This document shows positions 8,129 to 15,172 of a stretch of 32,000 nt of DNA, piece by piece. Position numbers and translations under genes: made by a program. Source of the stretch: Pirellula staleyi DSM 6068 (GTDB lineage: Bacteria > Planctomycetota > Planctomycetia > Pirellulales > Pirellulaceae); assembly GCA_000025185.1 (NCBI GenBank), contig CP001848.1, positions 1,740,001 through 1,772,000 on the forward strand. Direction: 5' to 3'. Position 1 is the stretch's first letter, and each line of letters starts with the position of its first letter. The notes beneath the pieces were generated by a model that did not search any database, was not told the DNA's origin, and saw only the letters and a program-made list of their open reading frames with translations.

Positions 8129-8797
8129 ATGGAGAGGAGGCGATTGCGTATTGGTTTTATCGCAGTCGCGGTTTGGCTGCTGTCGTCGCTGGCGCTGGCT
8201 GCGGATGGTGACGAGGCGCACGGGCCGATCAAGGGTAGCGTGGTAGCCAGGAAGATTCTGCCATCGGGCAAAGTTGAGCTGGCACCGGTCCCCGATGTGG
8301 TGGTGTATCTCGCCAAGCCTCTGACTACCGAAGTGGTGGTTCCGCTCGATCCTGTCGTGGTCAGTGTGCGTGGAGTGATGCTCACGCCATTTCATAGCGT
8401 CGTGGTGGCAGGACAGATGCTGCGGATCGAGCCAACCGATCAGCAGGAGGCATATAACTTCCGCTTGGAATCGGAAGCTGAAATGCCGTTTGGCGAACTT
8501 ATTAAGCCGGGTGTTTGGGAACGTCGGCCCGCCGGCCCTGTTGAGCTAGCGATCATTAGTTGCAGCATCCATCCAGTTGTGGAGGGCTATGTTACGGTTG
8601 TTCCGTCGAATATCTTCGCTCGCACTAATGAGCAAGGAGAGTTCACGTTGCCTGGAACCTATGGGCCAGGGAAATATTCGCTTGTAGCTCAGCACGCAAG
8701 TCTTGGTCGCAAGAGGGCAATCGTCCGACGCCAAGTAAACAGTCGCGAGACGAAAGTGCAGATCGAGCTGCCAGGCTCAATAGATAGCCAGAGGTAA
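8129..8797 (+). CDS. Secreted protein with a cupredoxin-like / carboxypeptidase-regulatory-like beta-sandwich region (222 aa)
   Basis: It has a signal peptide (IAVAVWLLSSLALAADG). ISCSIHPVVEGYVTVV resembles the C-x2-H loop of cupredoxin-like proteins, but the Met ligand position is Gly and the upstream HN motif reads YN. NEQGEFTLPGTYGPGKYSLVA is CarboxypepD_reg-like. The product call is tentative. Confidence 0.6.
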   Translation: MERRRLRIGFIAVAVWLLSSLALAADGDEAHGPIKGSVVARKILPSGKVELAPVPDVVVYLAKPLTTEVVVPLDPVVVSVRGVMLTPFHSVVVAGQMLRIEPTDQQEAYNFRLESEAEMPFGELIKPGVWERRPAGPVELAIISCSIHPVVEGYVTVVPSNIFARTNEQGEFTLPGTYGPGKYSLVAQHASLGRKRAIVRRQVNSRETKVQIELPGSIDSQR

Positions 8798-8802
8798 TCG
8801 CC

Positions 8803-9066
8803 ATGAACGAATGGAAGTTGCATACGCCGAGCGAGGAGAATCTGTTCTACGAATATCGCTGCGGACTCAAGGCGGGCGATCACGCAGAGCTCGCGTAGGA
8901 ACTGGTGATTCGCGACTACCTAGGACAGCCTACTGGGGAGGTCTTTCCTGTCGGTGATGACTGGACGCTGCTAGCGGGGCTGAAGAGCGACCCGGTACTT
9001 TGGCTGCGCGATTCCAATGGCGCTCGGGCAACCTGGGACGACGACTCTCCAGAGATTACACCATGA
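8803..9066 (+). pseudogene. Small ORF (87 codons) interrupted by one in-frame TAG at 8896-8898
   Basis: The ATG at 8803 lies 5 nt after the upstream stop, with GAGG 9 nt upstream. The translation is MNEWKLHTPSEENLFYEYRCGLKAGDHAELA*ELVIRDYLGQPTGEVFPVGDDWTLLAGLKSDPVLWLRDSNGARATWDDDSPEITP*. Both halves have coding-like GC3 and a protein-like composition. Neither half reaches the 60-aa threshold of the ORF track. Confidence 0.35.
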
Positions 9067-9170
9067 TTTCGGCGCGTCAGTAGTCACAAGGGTGTGGATG
9101 CTCCTGGCAGCTCTGTATTCAAAACTGCTAGTGCTGCATGGTGCTAGCAAGCCTGCTGCCGCTGCTCTGA

Positions 9171-9202
9171 TCCCTCGCCTCTGACCCCTGGTCTCTGGCC
9201 CC
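9171..9202 (-). repeat. G-tract word-repeat block (G-rich on the minus strand)
   Basis: The minus strand reads GGGGCCAGAGACCAGGGGTCAGAGGCGAGGGA. Confidence 0.5.
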
Positions 9203-9421
9203 TTTTCTCGCGCGACTTTGCGGGCTGCGTAAGGGCTGTGGCTCGCGTAGTTTGAGCCTATTGGCAAGCGATTGACTCATGCGAAATGGGGTCAATTTAG
9301 GGTTCCGAGCGGACCGAAGAATACGCTGGCAAATGGCAGTTGTCGCCCTCCGACAACCAACTCGGGAAACCTTTCCCCGCTCATTCGATTGCCACACTTG
9401 GGAATCGACAAGGAAGCAAGC

Positions 9422-10402
9422 GTGCCTCGGCTTTCGATCCTCATACCGTGCTTTGATCCCGCTGCGGAGCTGGAAGACACCTTGGTGTCGGTGCTCCAAA
9501 ATCGGCCTCGCGATTGCGAAGTGTTGGTTATCCACACGCAGCAGTACAGCGACCCGTATAACCTGCGCGACGAAGTTCAGCTGCTCCGCGTCTCCGGACG
9601 TGTCAGCCTTTGCCAGCTGGCCAATAGTGGCCTGGCTGCCGCCACGGGAGAAGTTGTACACCTGCTGCTCCCCGGCATGGCCGCTACCGAAAACTGGACT
9701 GACGAACCGCTGTCGCATTTCGACGATCCCGAGGTCGCTTGCGTGGCCCCGATCGTGGTGCAGGCGAACGATCCGACCAAGCTGGTTTCGGCCGGCGTTA
9801 CGCGAGGCTGGATTGCCTCGCGTAAGGTGGTGGGTGCTGGTGCTGCAGCGAGCCTCGCACAGCCGCGCCGCTGGAATGTGCTCGGACCAACGTTCGCAGC
9901 AGGTTTCTATCGACGAAGCGTGCTCGAGTCGCTGGGTGGCATTGCGACGCACCTGACCGACGACCTCGCCGATATCGACTTGGCTCTCTCGATCCAGGCA
10001 CTCGGGCTCCTTTCGATTCTCGAGCCCAAAAGCCGCTTGATCGAGCAGCAGCCTGTGGCGAAGCCCAAGTCGAGCATAGGACTTGGTAAGGCTCGCGAGC
10101 TCCTGTTCTGGCGTCATGCTCAGCTGCGTGGGCCGGTTTCGCTGCTGCTGCATCCGATTGCGGCGATGGCCGAATCGGTGGCGGCCTCCACCGGCAATGG
10201 CGGAGCGGTGGCAAGCGAGCTGGTGGGGCGTTTGCTGGGGCTCGCGGCAGTGGGAACGGCGGCTCGGCATGGTCAAAAACTGGCCGATGCTCGCGAAACG
10301 CTGGCCGCCGGCGAAGCTCCCGCTTCGTTGTCGCTGGCCGAGGCTCGCCGCGAGAAATCCGCAGCCGACCAAACTGCCGCTCCGGCCCGCCGGGCAGCTT
10401 AG
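9422..10402 (+). CDS. Family 2 glycosyltransferase (326 aa)
   Basis: I chose the GTG at 9422, which has AAGGAAG about 7 nt upstream, because GT2 proteins begin at the PRLSILIPCFD...LEDTLVSVLQ motif. The track ORF starts at a TTG at 9272 and has a non-protein-like leader. The C-terminus is Ala-rich. The 414-aa antisense ORF is a shadow. Confidence 0.8.
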   Translation: MPRLSILIPCFDPAAELEDTLVSVLQNRPRDCEVLVIHTQQYSDPYNLRDEVQLLRVSGRVSLCQLANSGLAAATGEVVHLLLPGMAATENWTDEPLSHFDDPEVACVAPIVVQANDPTKLVSAGVTRGWIASRKVVGAGAAASLAQPRRWNVLGPTFAAGFYRRSVLESLGGIATHLTDDLADIDLALSIQALGLLSILEPKSRLIEQQPVAKPKSSIGLGKARELLFWRHAQLRGPVSLLLHPIAAMAESVAASTGNGGAVASELVGRLLGLAAVGTAARHGQKLADARETLAAGEAPASLSLAEARREKSAADQTAAPARRAA

Positions 10403-10406
10403 TGCC

Positions 10407-10435
10407 AGGGTAGGTGAGTCAGCGTCACCTACCCT
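10407..10435 (+). terminator. Strong hairpin immediately after the GT2 stop codon (no U-tract)
   Basis: A perfect 11-bp stem AGGGTAGGTGA / TCACCTACCCT has a 7-nt loop and starts 5 nt after the stop. No T-run follows, so its terminator function is uncertain. Confidence 0.4.
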
Positions 10436-10553
10436 CGAGAGCCAGCGCGCAGCTCGAAAAAAACGAGAAGAAAAAGATTTTGCATCGCCCGCGAGGTCCT
10501 GCTAGGCTCACGCCGTCTGGCCAACCTCTTCTCTCATCTAGCGGGCCAATGTC

Positions 10554-10949
10554 ATGCAGCGCGTGCTTCGTTTTGCGCCGTCGATCTCCGTGATTTTGGG
10601 GATCGCTCTCTGCTCGTTGCTGGTACTCAGTCGCAGCGAAGATCTGCGCCGGTATCGCGTTTCGCTGGCTGGTTTTTGCCACGTAGCGCTCCACGAAGGT
10701 CAGCTGGTGATTTTCAACAGCGACTATTTTGGCCCCTACACCGGCAGCATCGTGGGGCTTGGGGGTGAGAGCTATCCTCAGGTGCAAGGTGGTCACGCCT
10801 GTGGGCTTGGGGCGGTCCATTTGGAGTGGCCTCAGTTCAGCATCTGGACCATCTATGTCAGTCTCTTCTACCCGCTGCTGCTCACCGCCATTGCTCCCGC
10901 GATCGCCTGCTATCAGCGACTCCTCCGACTTGCACAAACCGGAGTGTGA
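10554..10949 (+). CDS. Lineage-specific membrane protein, tandem paralog A (131 aa)
   Basis: ATG at 10554. It has an N-terminal TM and a C-terminal TM. It shares the core LVIFNSDYFGPYTGSIVG with the next gene (IILFNRADCGPYTGGIIK) and also the C-terminal helix YVSLFYPLLLTAIAPAI / YYSLCWPLTLLVFAPMI. Confidence 0.5.
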   Translation: MQRVLRFAPSISVILGIALCSLLVLSRSEDLRRYRVSLAGFCHVALHEGQLVIFNSDYFGPYTGSIVGLGGESYPQVQGGHACGLGAVHLEWPQFSIWTIYVSLFYPLLLTAIAPAIACYQRLLRLAQTGV

Positions 10950-10983
10950 TCGCCTCGACACCTTTCCGTATGAGAGCGACGTC

Positions 10984-11427
10984 ATGAAGCAGTGGCTACT
11001 GATTGCTGCTAACTTAGTTTGGGTGAGCAGCTTGGCGCTCGGTTGGTTGTCGATGGAGATCAACGCTCGTGAGCAGTATGTCTCGATAAGTGATCGCTGT
11101 CATCTCTCGGTCCGCAGTTTTCAGATCATCCTATTCAATCGCGCTGATTGTGGACCCTACACGGGAGGAATCATCAAATTTGCAGAGTCCAAATATCCGC
11201 TTGTTTCAATGGACCAAGGCTGGGGCTATTGGTCCATTGAACTGAAGGCTCGTTGCGATCCTCTACCTCTACGAAGCGTTTACTACTCGCTCTGTTGGCC
11301 GCTTACTCTGTTGGTTTTTGCTCCGATGATCACAGGATATCGCGCCGCAAAATGGATACTGTATCGCCACCACTCAAACACCAAGAAACAAAACATGGCC
11401 TCGCGATACGCTCTGGTGCGGTCGTGA
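10984..11427 (+). CDS. Lineage-specific membrane protein, tandem paralog B (147 aa)
   Basis: ATG at 10984 inside ORF 10729..11427. It starts 34 nt after paralog A and has the same architecture and motifs. Confidence 0.55.
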   Translation: MKQWLLIAANLVWVSSLALGWLSMEINAREQYVSISDRCHLSVRSFQIILFNRADCGPYTGGIIKFAESKYPLVSMDQGWGYWSIELKARCDPLPLRSVYYSLCWPLTLLVFAPMITGYRAAKWILYRHHSNTKKQNMASRYALVRS

Positions 11428-11471
11428 GGCCATGCTTTTGAATTGTCGGTCGTCGCTGCTGCGGGCGGTGG

Positions 11472-12578
11472 TTATCGCTTTTCGGAAGCAGGCATGCTCG
11501 CTGGTGAAGCGATGAGATGATCGGCCACAGCGGCATATTTGAACGGGAAGAGAAGTTCGCGGAGGTTGCCAATCAGATTGGCGGCATCAGCTGGTGAATA
11601 GAGCTCGTCCATTCGCTGCGCGAGTTCGTCGAGTTGGCGTCGACCTTCCGGCCAGCGGACCGCCATCACGCGGCTGCATTCCTCGAGCAACTGATAAACT
11701 CGTGCTCGGGTGACACCCATTTTCCGCGACTGCTCGCGCACATTTTGCAGTGTCGCGCGTACACCAAGTCGACCTTCCACGAGACCGGAAACGGTTGCAC
11801 CGGCATCGATTTCGAGTTGATTAATGATTGGAATCGCCAGGTTTTCAGCTAGCGCGGCGTGCGAAATAGGGGTGTCGCTCACTTTCGCTTGCATGATCCA
11901 GTTTTCGATGCTCGAGACAAAGCGAGGGGCCACACGAATCGAAAGTCCGCTGTCGGCATTCACCTTCGTCAGAATGTGATGCACGGTGTGAAACACTTCG
12001 AGCACCACGCGCACCCGCTTTTCGCCGTGGGTCTTCAGCTGGCGCATCGAGCCGAGTGATTTATCGAGATAGAACTCGAGTGGTGTTTCCCAGATCACGG
12101 TCGGAATCTGCCGGAGCGAAGGAGCCAGGCGACCGAGTTTCTCTTTGCCGACGTTGTGCCGGGCTACGGTGTCGCGCCACTTCTTCCAGACAAGTTCCGA
12201 CACATGCGTGGGGTCGAACGAACTCGACGAATCGGCTTCGGGGGTCGCCGTCGCGCTGCTGGGAATCGAAGGATCGCTCGACAGCAGCGGATAGGCGTTG
12301 GGATCATCTTTCGTCGCGCGGACGAGCAAGATCACCAGCGATTCCATCTTCTTGCGACCAATGCCTGCGGTCGCTGAAAGTTGATGAAACGGCGTTGCCA
12401 AAATTTGGGAAAGGGGGATCGGCAAAAAAGCAATCGGCAAGCGGCGATCGCTCGGGAGAGCCCAAAAGGCAAGCGGCTGCGTGAGGCGCGAGCTGAGCTC
12501 GGGACTTTCCAAACGCTTCTTCACCGCTTCGAAGCTGGATTGAAGCTTGATATCGTCGGCACTGGAGGCAGGGGGCAT
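11472..12578 (-). CDS. Hypothetical protein with a C-terminal sigma-70 region-4-like HTH (368 aa)
   Basis: ATG at 12578. QSRKMGVTRARVYQLLEECSRVMA looks like a region-4 / LuxR-type helix-turn-helix. SATAGIGRKKMESLVILL looks like a helix-hairpin-helix GIG motif. I did not recognise a named family. Confidence 0.7.
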   Translation of the reverse strand: MPPASSADDIKLQSSFEAVKKRLESPELSSRLTQPLAFWALPSDRRLPIAFLPIPLSQILATPFHQLSATAGIGRKKMESLVILLVRATKDDPNAYPLLSSDPSIPSSATATPEADSSSSFDPTHVSELVWKKWRDTVARHNVGKEKLGRLAPSLRQIPTVIWETPLEFYLDKSLGSMRQLKTHGEKRVRVVLEVFHTVHHILTKVNADSGLSIRVAPRFVSSIENWIMQAKVSDTPISHAALAENLAIPIINQLEIDAGATVSGLVEGRLGVRATLQNVREQSRKMGVTRARVYQLLEECSRVMAVRWPEGRRQLDELAQRMDELYSPADAANLIGNLRELLFPFKYAAVADHLIASPASMPASEKR

Positions 12579-13368
12579 GAAATGTTGCTCCTCGTTACGA
12601 TCGCTAGCAACCAGTGTCGCGCCAGGGGTAAGCGCGCCATCTACTACTCAGGTATTCGCTGCCGAGACGAAGTCTTGGAAACTTGGAAATACCTCAAGAC
12701 CGTAGGCGGGCTTAGAGCGTTCACTCAGTGACGAGGAAAACTCCAAGGGTCTTGGGGGGAGCGTAGATCCCGATCGAAAGCTTTCACTCTGTTCCGCAAA
12801 AGAAGTGGAGCCCGCCAGGTGAGGACGAGTTTTAAGTCGTACACCACCAGCGCTCGCCAACTTCATTACCAAAAGGATCCGTATTCAGACTGGGTGATGC
12901 AAAGGTCGTTACAAGTTGCTTACGAATTCGGCTGGCACAAAGGCCAACATCCAAAGCGAAAAGCAACTCGCCTCGCCGCTGCATATCAGCAGACATCTTC
13001 TGAGCCTCTTCCAAGTCGAGCACCCAAGCGCTTGGCACTTTGCGTGGAGCATGTTACCGCTGGAGGGATTTCTCCTTCCTTGCAGCAGTTAGCGCACGCC
13101 TCGACCCGGCAGACGATGTCTGGCACCACTTAACACGAACGAGATTCCAAAACGGATCATGGGGACCCACAGAAAGCAGGAAAAAAACAAAAAAGGTAGA
13201 AAGTAATCGCCACTAACGACGTGTTTATTGGACTTACGTCAACGGAGAGGCGAAGTGCATGCAAGATAAGCCCCGCTAGCGGCGTGTTGCTGCAAGTATT
13301 TTCTGGCGCAGACCACGTCCCGAAGGGAGTGCATACGTGTTTGTGGATAAGCGACTGCCGATGCGTCG

Positions 13369-13671
13369 CTACATCTCGACCCGAACCCGCTCGATCTCAC
13401 GGGTCACCAGCCACTCGAGAAATTCTTCGTGGTAGTCGGTCAGTTCGATCTCGGCCTTGGCCCGCGCATCGAGCGGCGAGACCACCGGGACCACCAGATC
13501 ATCGAGCCACTTGGCAGCTTCGGTTTTGTCGATGAAGTATTCATCGGGTGGCAGAGTCGCCGGCGCGCGGTCCTGGCCCGGAGGGGTCATGAAGTAGACG
13601 ATTTCGAGCCGAAAGCGGCTAGGCATCTCCAGCGGCACAATTTCAGGACGTTCGACAGCATAGATTTTCAT
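13369..13671 (-). CDS. Small acidic hypothetical protein (100 aa), last gene of the GTPase operon
   Basis: ATG at 13671 with AGGA about 12 nt upstream. It lies 86 nt downstream of the 451-aa GTPase gene on the same strand. It has no recognisable motif and no TM. Confidence 0.55.
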   Translation of the reverse strand: MKIYAVERPEIVPLEMPSRFRLEIVYFMTPPGQDRAPATLPPDEYFIDKTEAAKWLDDLVVPVVSPLDARAKAEIELTDYHEEFLEWLVTREIERVRVEM

Positions 13672-13757
13672 TCGATCGCATCCTGAATAAACTTCCCCAG
13701 CACTCGAAACTTGAACCGCTGCTCTCCGCCCGCCGAAGCATGCGGAATCCTAACGAG

Positions 13758-15113
13758 CTAACTCTTCAGCACGTCGTCGTTGCCACTATGCGGATTCGTG
13801 AGGAGCCGCTTGCGAATCTCTTCGCGAAGTTTTTGCACCACCGAGTCTTTGTCGGTTCGCGCCAGAATTTGCTCCACCACCTTCTTGGGACCTTCGCCGC
13901 CCCAACTGCTGCCATGCTCGAAGTAGTAGCGTGCGGCTTCACCGACGATATACGAACCATAACCGGCAGCTGCACCTTGCGGCAGGGCTGTCAGCAGCGT
14001 TCCTTTGCCGATGGTGAGCGCCTTGAAAGCCGAAGTGGCGAGCGTGGTGAGCAGCACCCCGGCTGTCATGAACCCGGCCGCCTTGCCAATGCTGAGAGCC
14101 AGTTGTCGCGCGTGAGTCCACGAAAGTTCGAGGTTATACACCGCAGCGAGTGTGACAATCATCGCCACGTCGACCGCTGCTCCGCCAAACACATCGGCCA
14201 CAGCAATCGGGTTGAGTCCGACGGCAATCGCCTTGAGCGTGGCATAGCTCCAGACCACTTGCGATGCCCGTTCGTTTCGCAGCCTGACACGCAGGCTCGC
14301 TAAGCGATCGGTTTTATCGGCTGCAAACAGCGCCGCATTGAGCGCTACAATCGCCAGTCCTTCGCGGTCGAGCATCTCGAGAATTTTGGCGCGCAGCTCA
14401 CTCACGTCGGGCTGAGGTTTGCGCCACTCGCTCCGGACACTTCCATCGGCCGATTCGATGATGTATTCCCGCTCGCGCGGATCAGCGGCGGCTGTCACCA
14501 CATGCTCGGCGGGGACGAGCCCCACGAGTCGTTCTTGCGTTAAAACATGGAGCAAACGGGCTTTTTGATCGGGGCTGTAGAGATCCGACTTACTCAGCAC
14601 GACGATGATCGGTTTGTGAAACGTCACGAGCGACGAGAGGCTATCGTGCTCCACTTCGTTGAAGTCGGAGTCGGTGACAAACAGCAGCAAGTCGGCGCGC
14701 TGTGCTGCTTCGCGAGCACGCTCGCCGCGCGTACTTCCGCCCACTTCGTTGATGCCCGGCGTATCGACCAACACGACTTGCGAAACACCGAGCCCCGGCA
14801 AGCAATAACCGGCTCCATCCCAGGCCACTTGCCACACTTCTTTGGTCCAGCCACCGCGCACATCCACAGCCGCCACATCGCGACCGATCAGAGCGTTGAT
14901 GAGCGCGCTTTTGCCGACACTGATCTCGCCAAACACCACGATCTCGACGCGACCGCATTGCATCTTGTCGTGCATCGCGCGCAAGCCAGCGAGCTCTTGC
15001 CGGAGCTTCTCCTTCTCGACATCCGACGAATTTTTGAAACGCTCGAGCGCTCGCTCAACAGCGTTCATGGCATCGCGATAGGAGTCTTCTGTTTCAGCCA
15101 CAATTGGTTGCAC
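13758..15113 (-). CDS. Membrane-associated P-loop GTPase with a DUF697-like C-terminal module, paralog 2 (451 aa)
   Basis: G1 is FGEISVGKSALINAL, G3 is VLVDTPGINE and G4 is VVLSKSD. The N-terminus looks coiled-coil. The C-terminal hydrophobic module includes GLNPIAVADVFGGAAVDVAMIVTLAAVY and FMTAGVLLTTLATSAF. The start is a GTG at 15113; the ATG at 15068 is an alternative. Confidence 0.85.
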   Translation of the reverse strand: MQPIVAETEDSYRDAMNAVERALERFKNSSDVEKEKLRQELAGLRAMHDKMQCGRVEIVVFGEISVGKSALINALIGRDVAAVDVRGGWTKEVWQVAWDGAGYCLPGLGVSQVVLVDTPGINEVGGSTRGERAREAAQRADLLLFVTDSDFNEVEHDSLSSLVTFHKPIIVVLSKSDLYSPDQKARLLHVLTQERLVGLVPAEHVVTAAADPREREYIIESADGSVRSEWRKPQPDVSELRAKILEMLDREGLAIVALNAALFAADKTDRLASLRVRLRNERASQVVWSYATLKAIAVGLNPIAVADVFGGAAVDVAMIVTLAAVYNLELSWTHARQLALSIGKAAGFMTAGVLLTTLATSAFKALTIGKGTLLTALPQGAAAGYGSYIVGEAARYYFEHGSSWGGEGPKKVVEQILARTDKDSVVQKLREEIRKRLLTNPHSGNDDVLKS

Positions 15114-15172
15114 TTTTTACTGGAGCCACTGCATTTTGCCATCACGCCCAGCGATTCTCACCAGCATGAAAG

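Noticed and set aside
8896-8898. The in-frame TAG as a pyrrolysine codon
   Set aside because: No pyl genes or PYLIS-like context are visible, and pyrrolysine is not expected in this lineage. A pseudogene, a sequencing error or a short peptide is far more likely.
9128-10372. 414-aa ORF antisense to the GT2 glycosyltransferase, and the alternative-frame ORF 9279-9956
   Set aside because: The GT2 frame carries recognisable motifs (SILIPCFD...). The antisense product is Arg/Ser/Gln-rich and of low information, so it is a shadow ORF.
12733-12744. GAGGAAAACTCC, which resembles the RNase P RNA P4 strand (GAGGAAAGTCCGG)
   Set aside because: The match stops after 7-8 nt. The other universally conserved RNase P blocks (ACAGAACCCGGCTTA, GGTAACGCCTGGG-like) are absent from both strands of the 790-nt gap.
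12819-13133. 104-aa plus-strand ORF and the overlapping 68-aa minus-strand ORF (12832-13038) in the long gap
   Set aside because: They have no motifs, they overlap each other, the minus ORF starts at a GTG, and neither has a convincing RBS or protein-like composition. I treated the locus as non-coding and flagged it as a finding.
13350-13370. 6-bp hairpin AGCGAC...GTCGCT at the 3' end of the 100-aa gene as a terminator
   Set aside because: The stem is short, it overlaps the stop codon, and no T-run follows on the minus strand. This is too weak to call.
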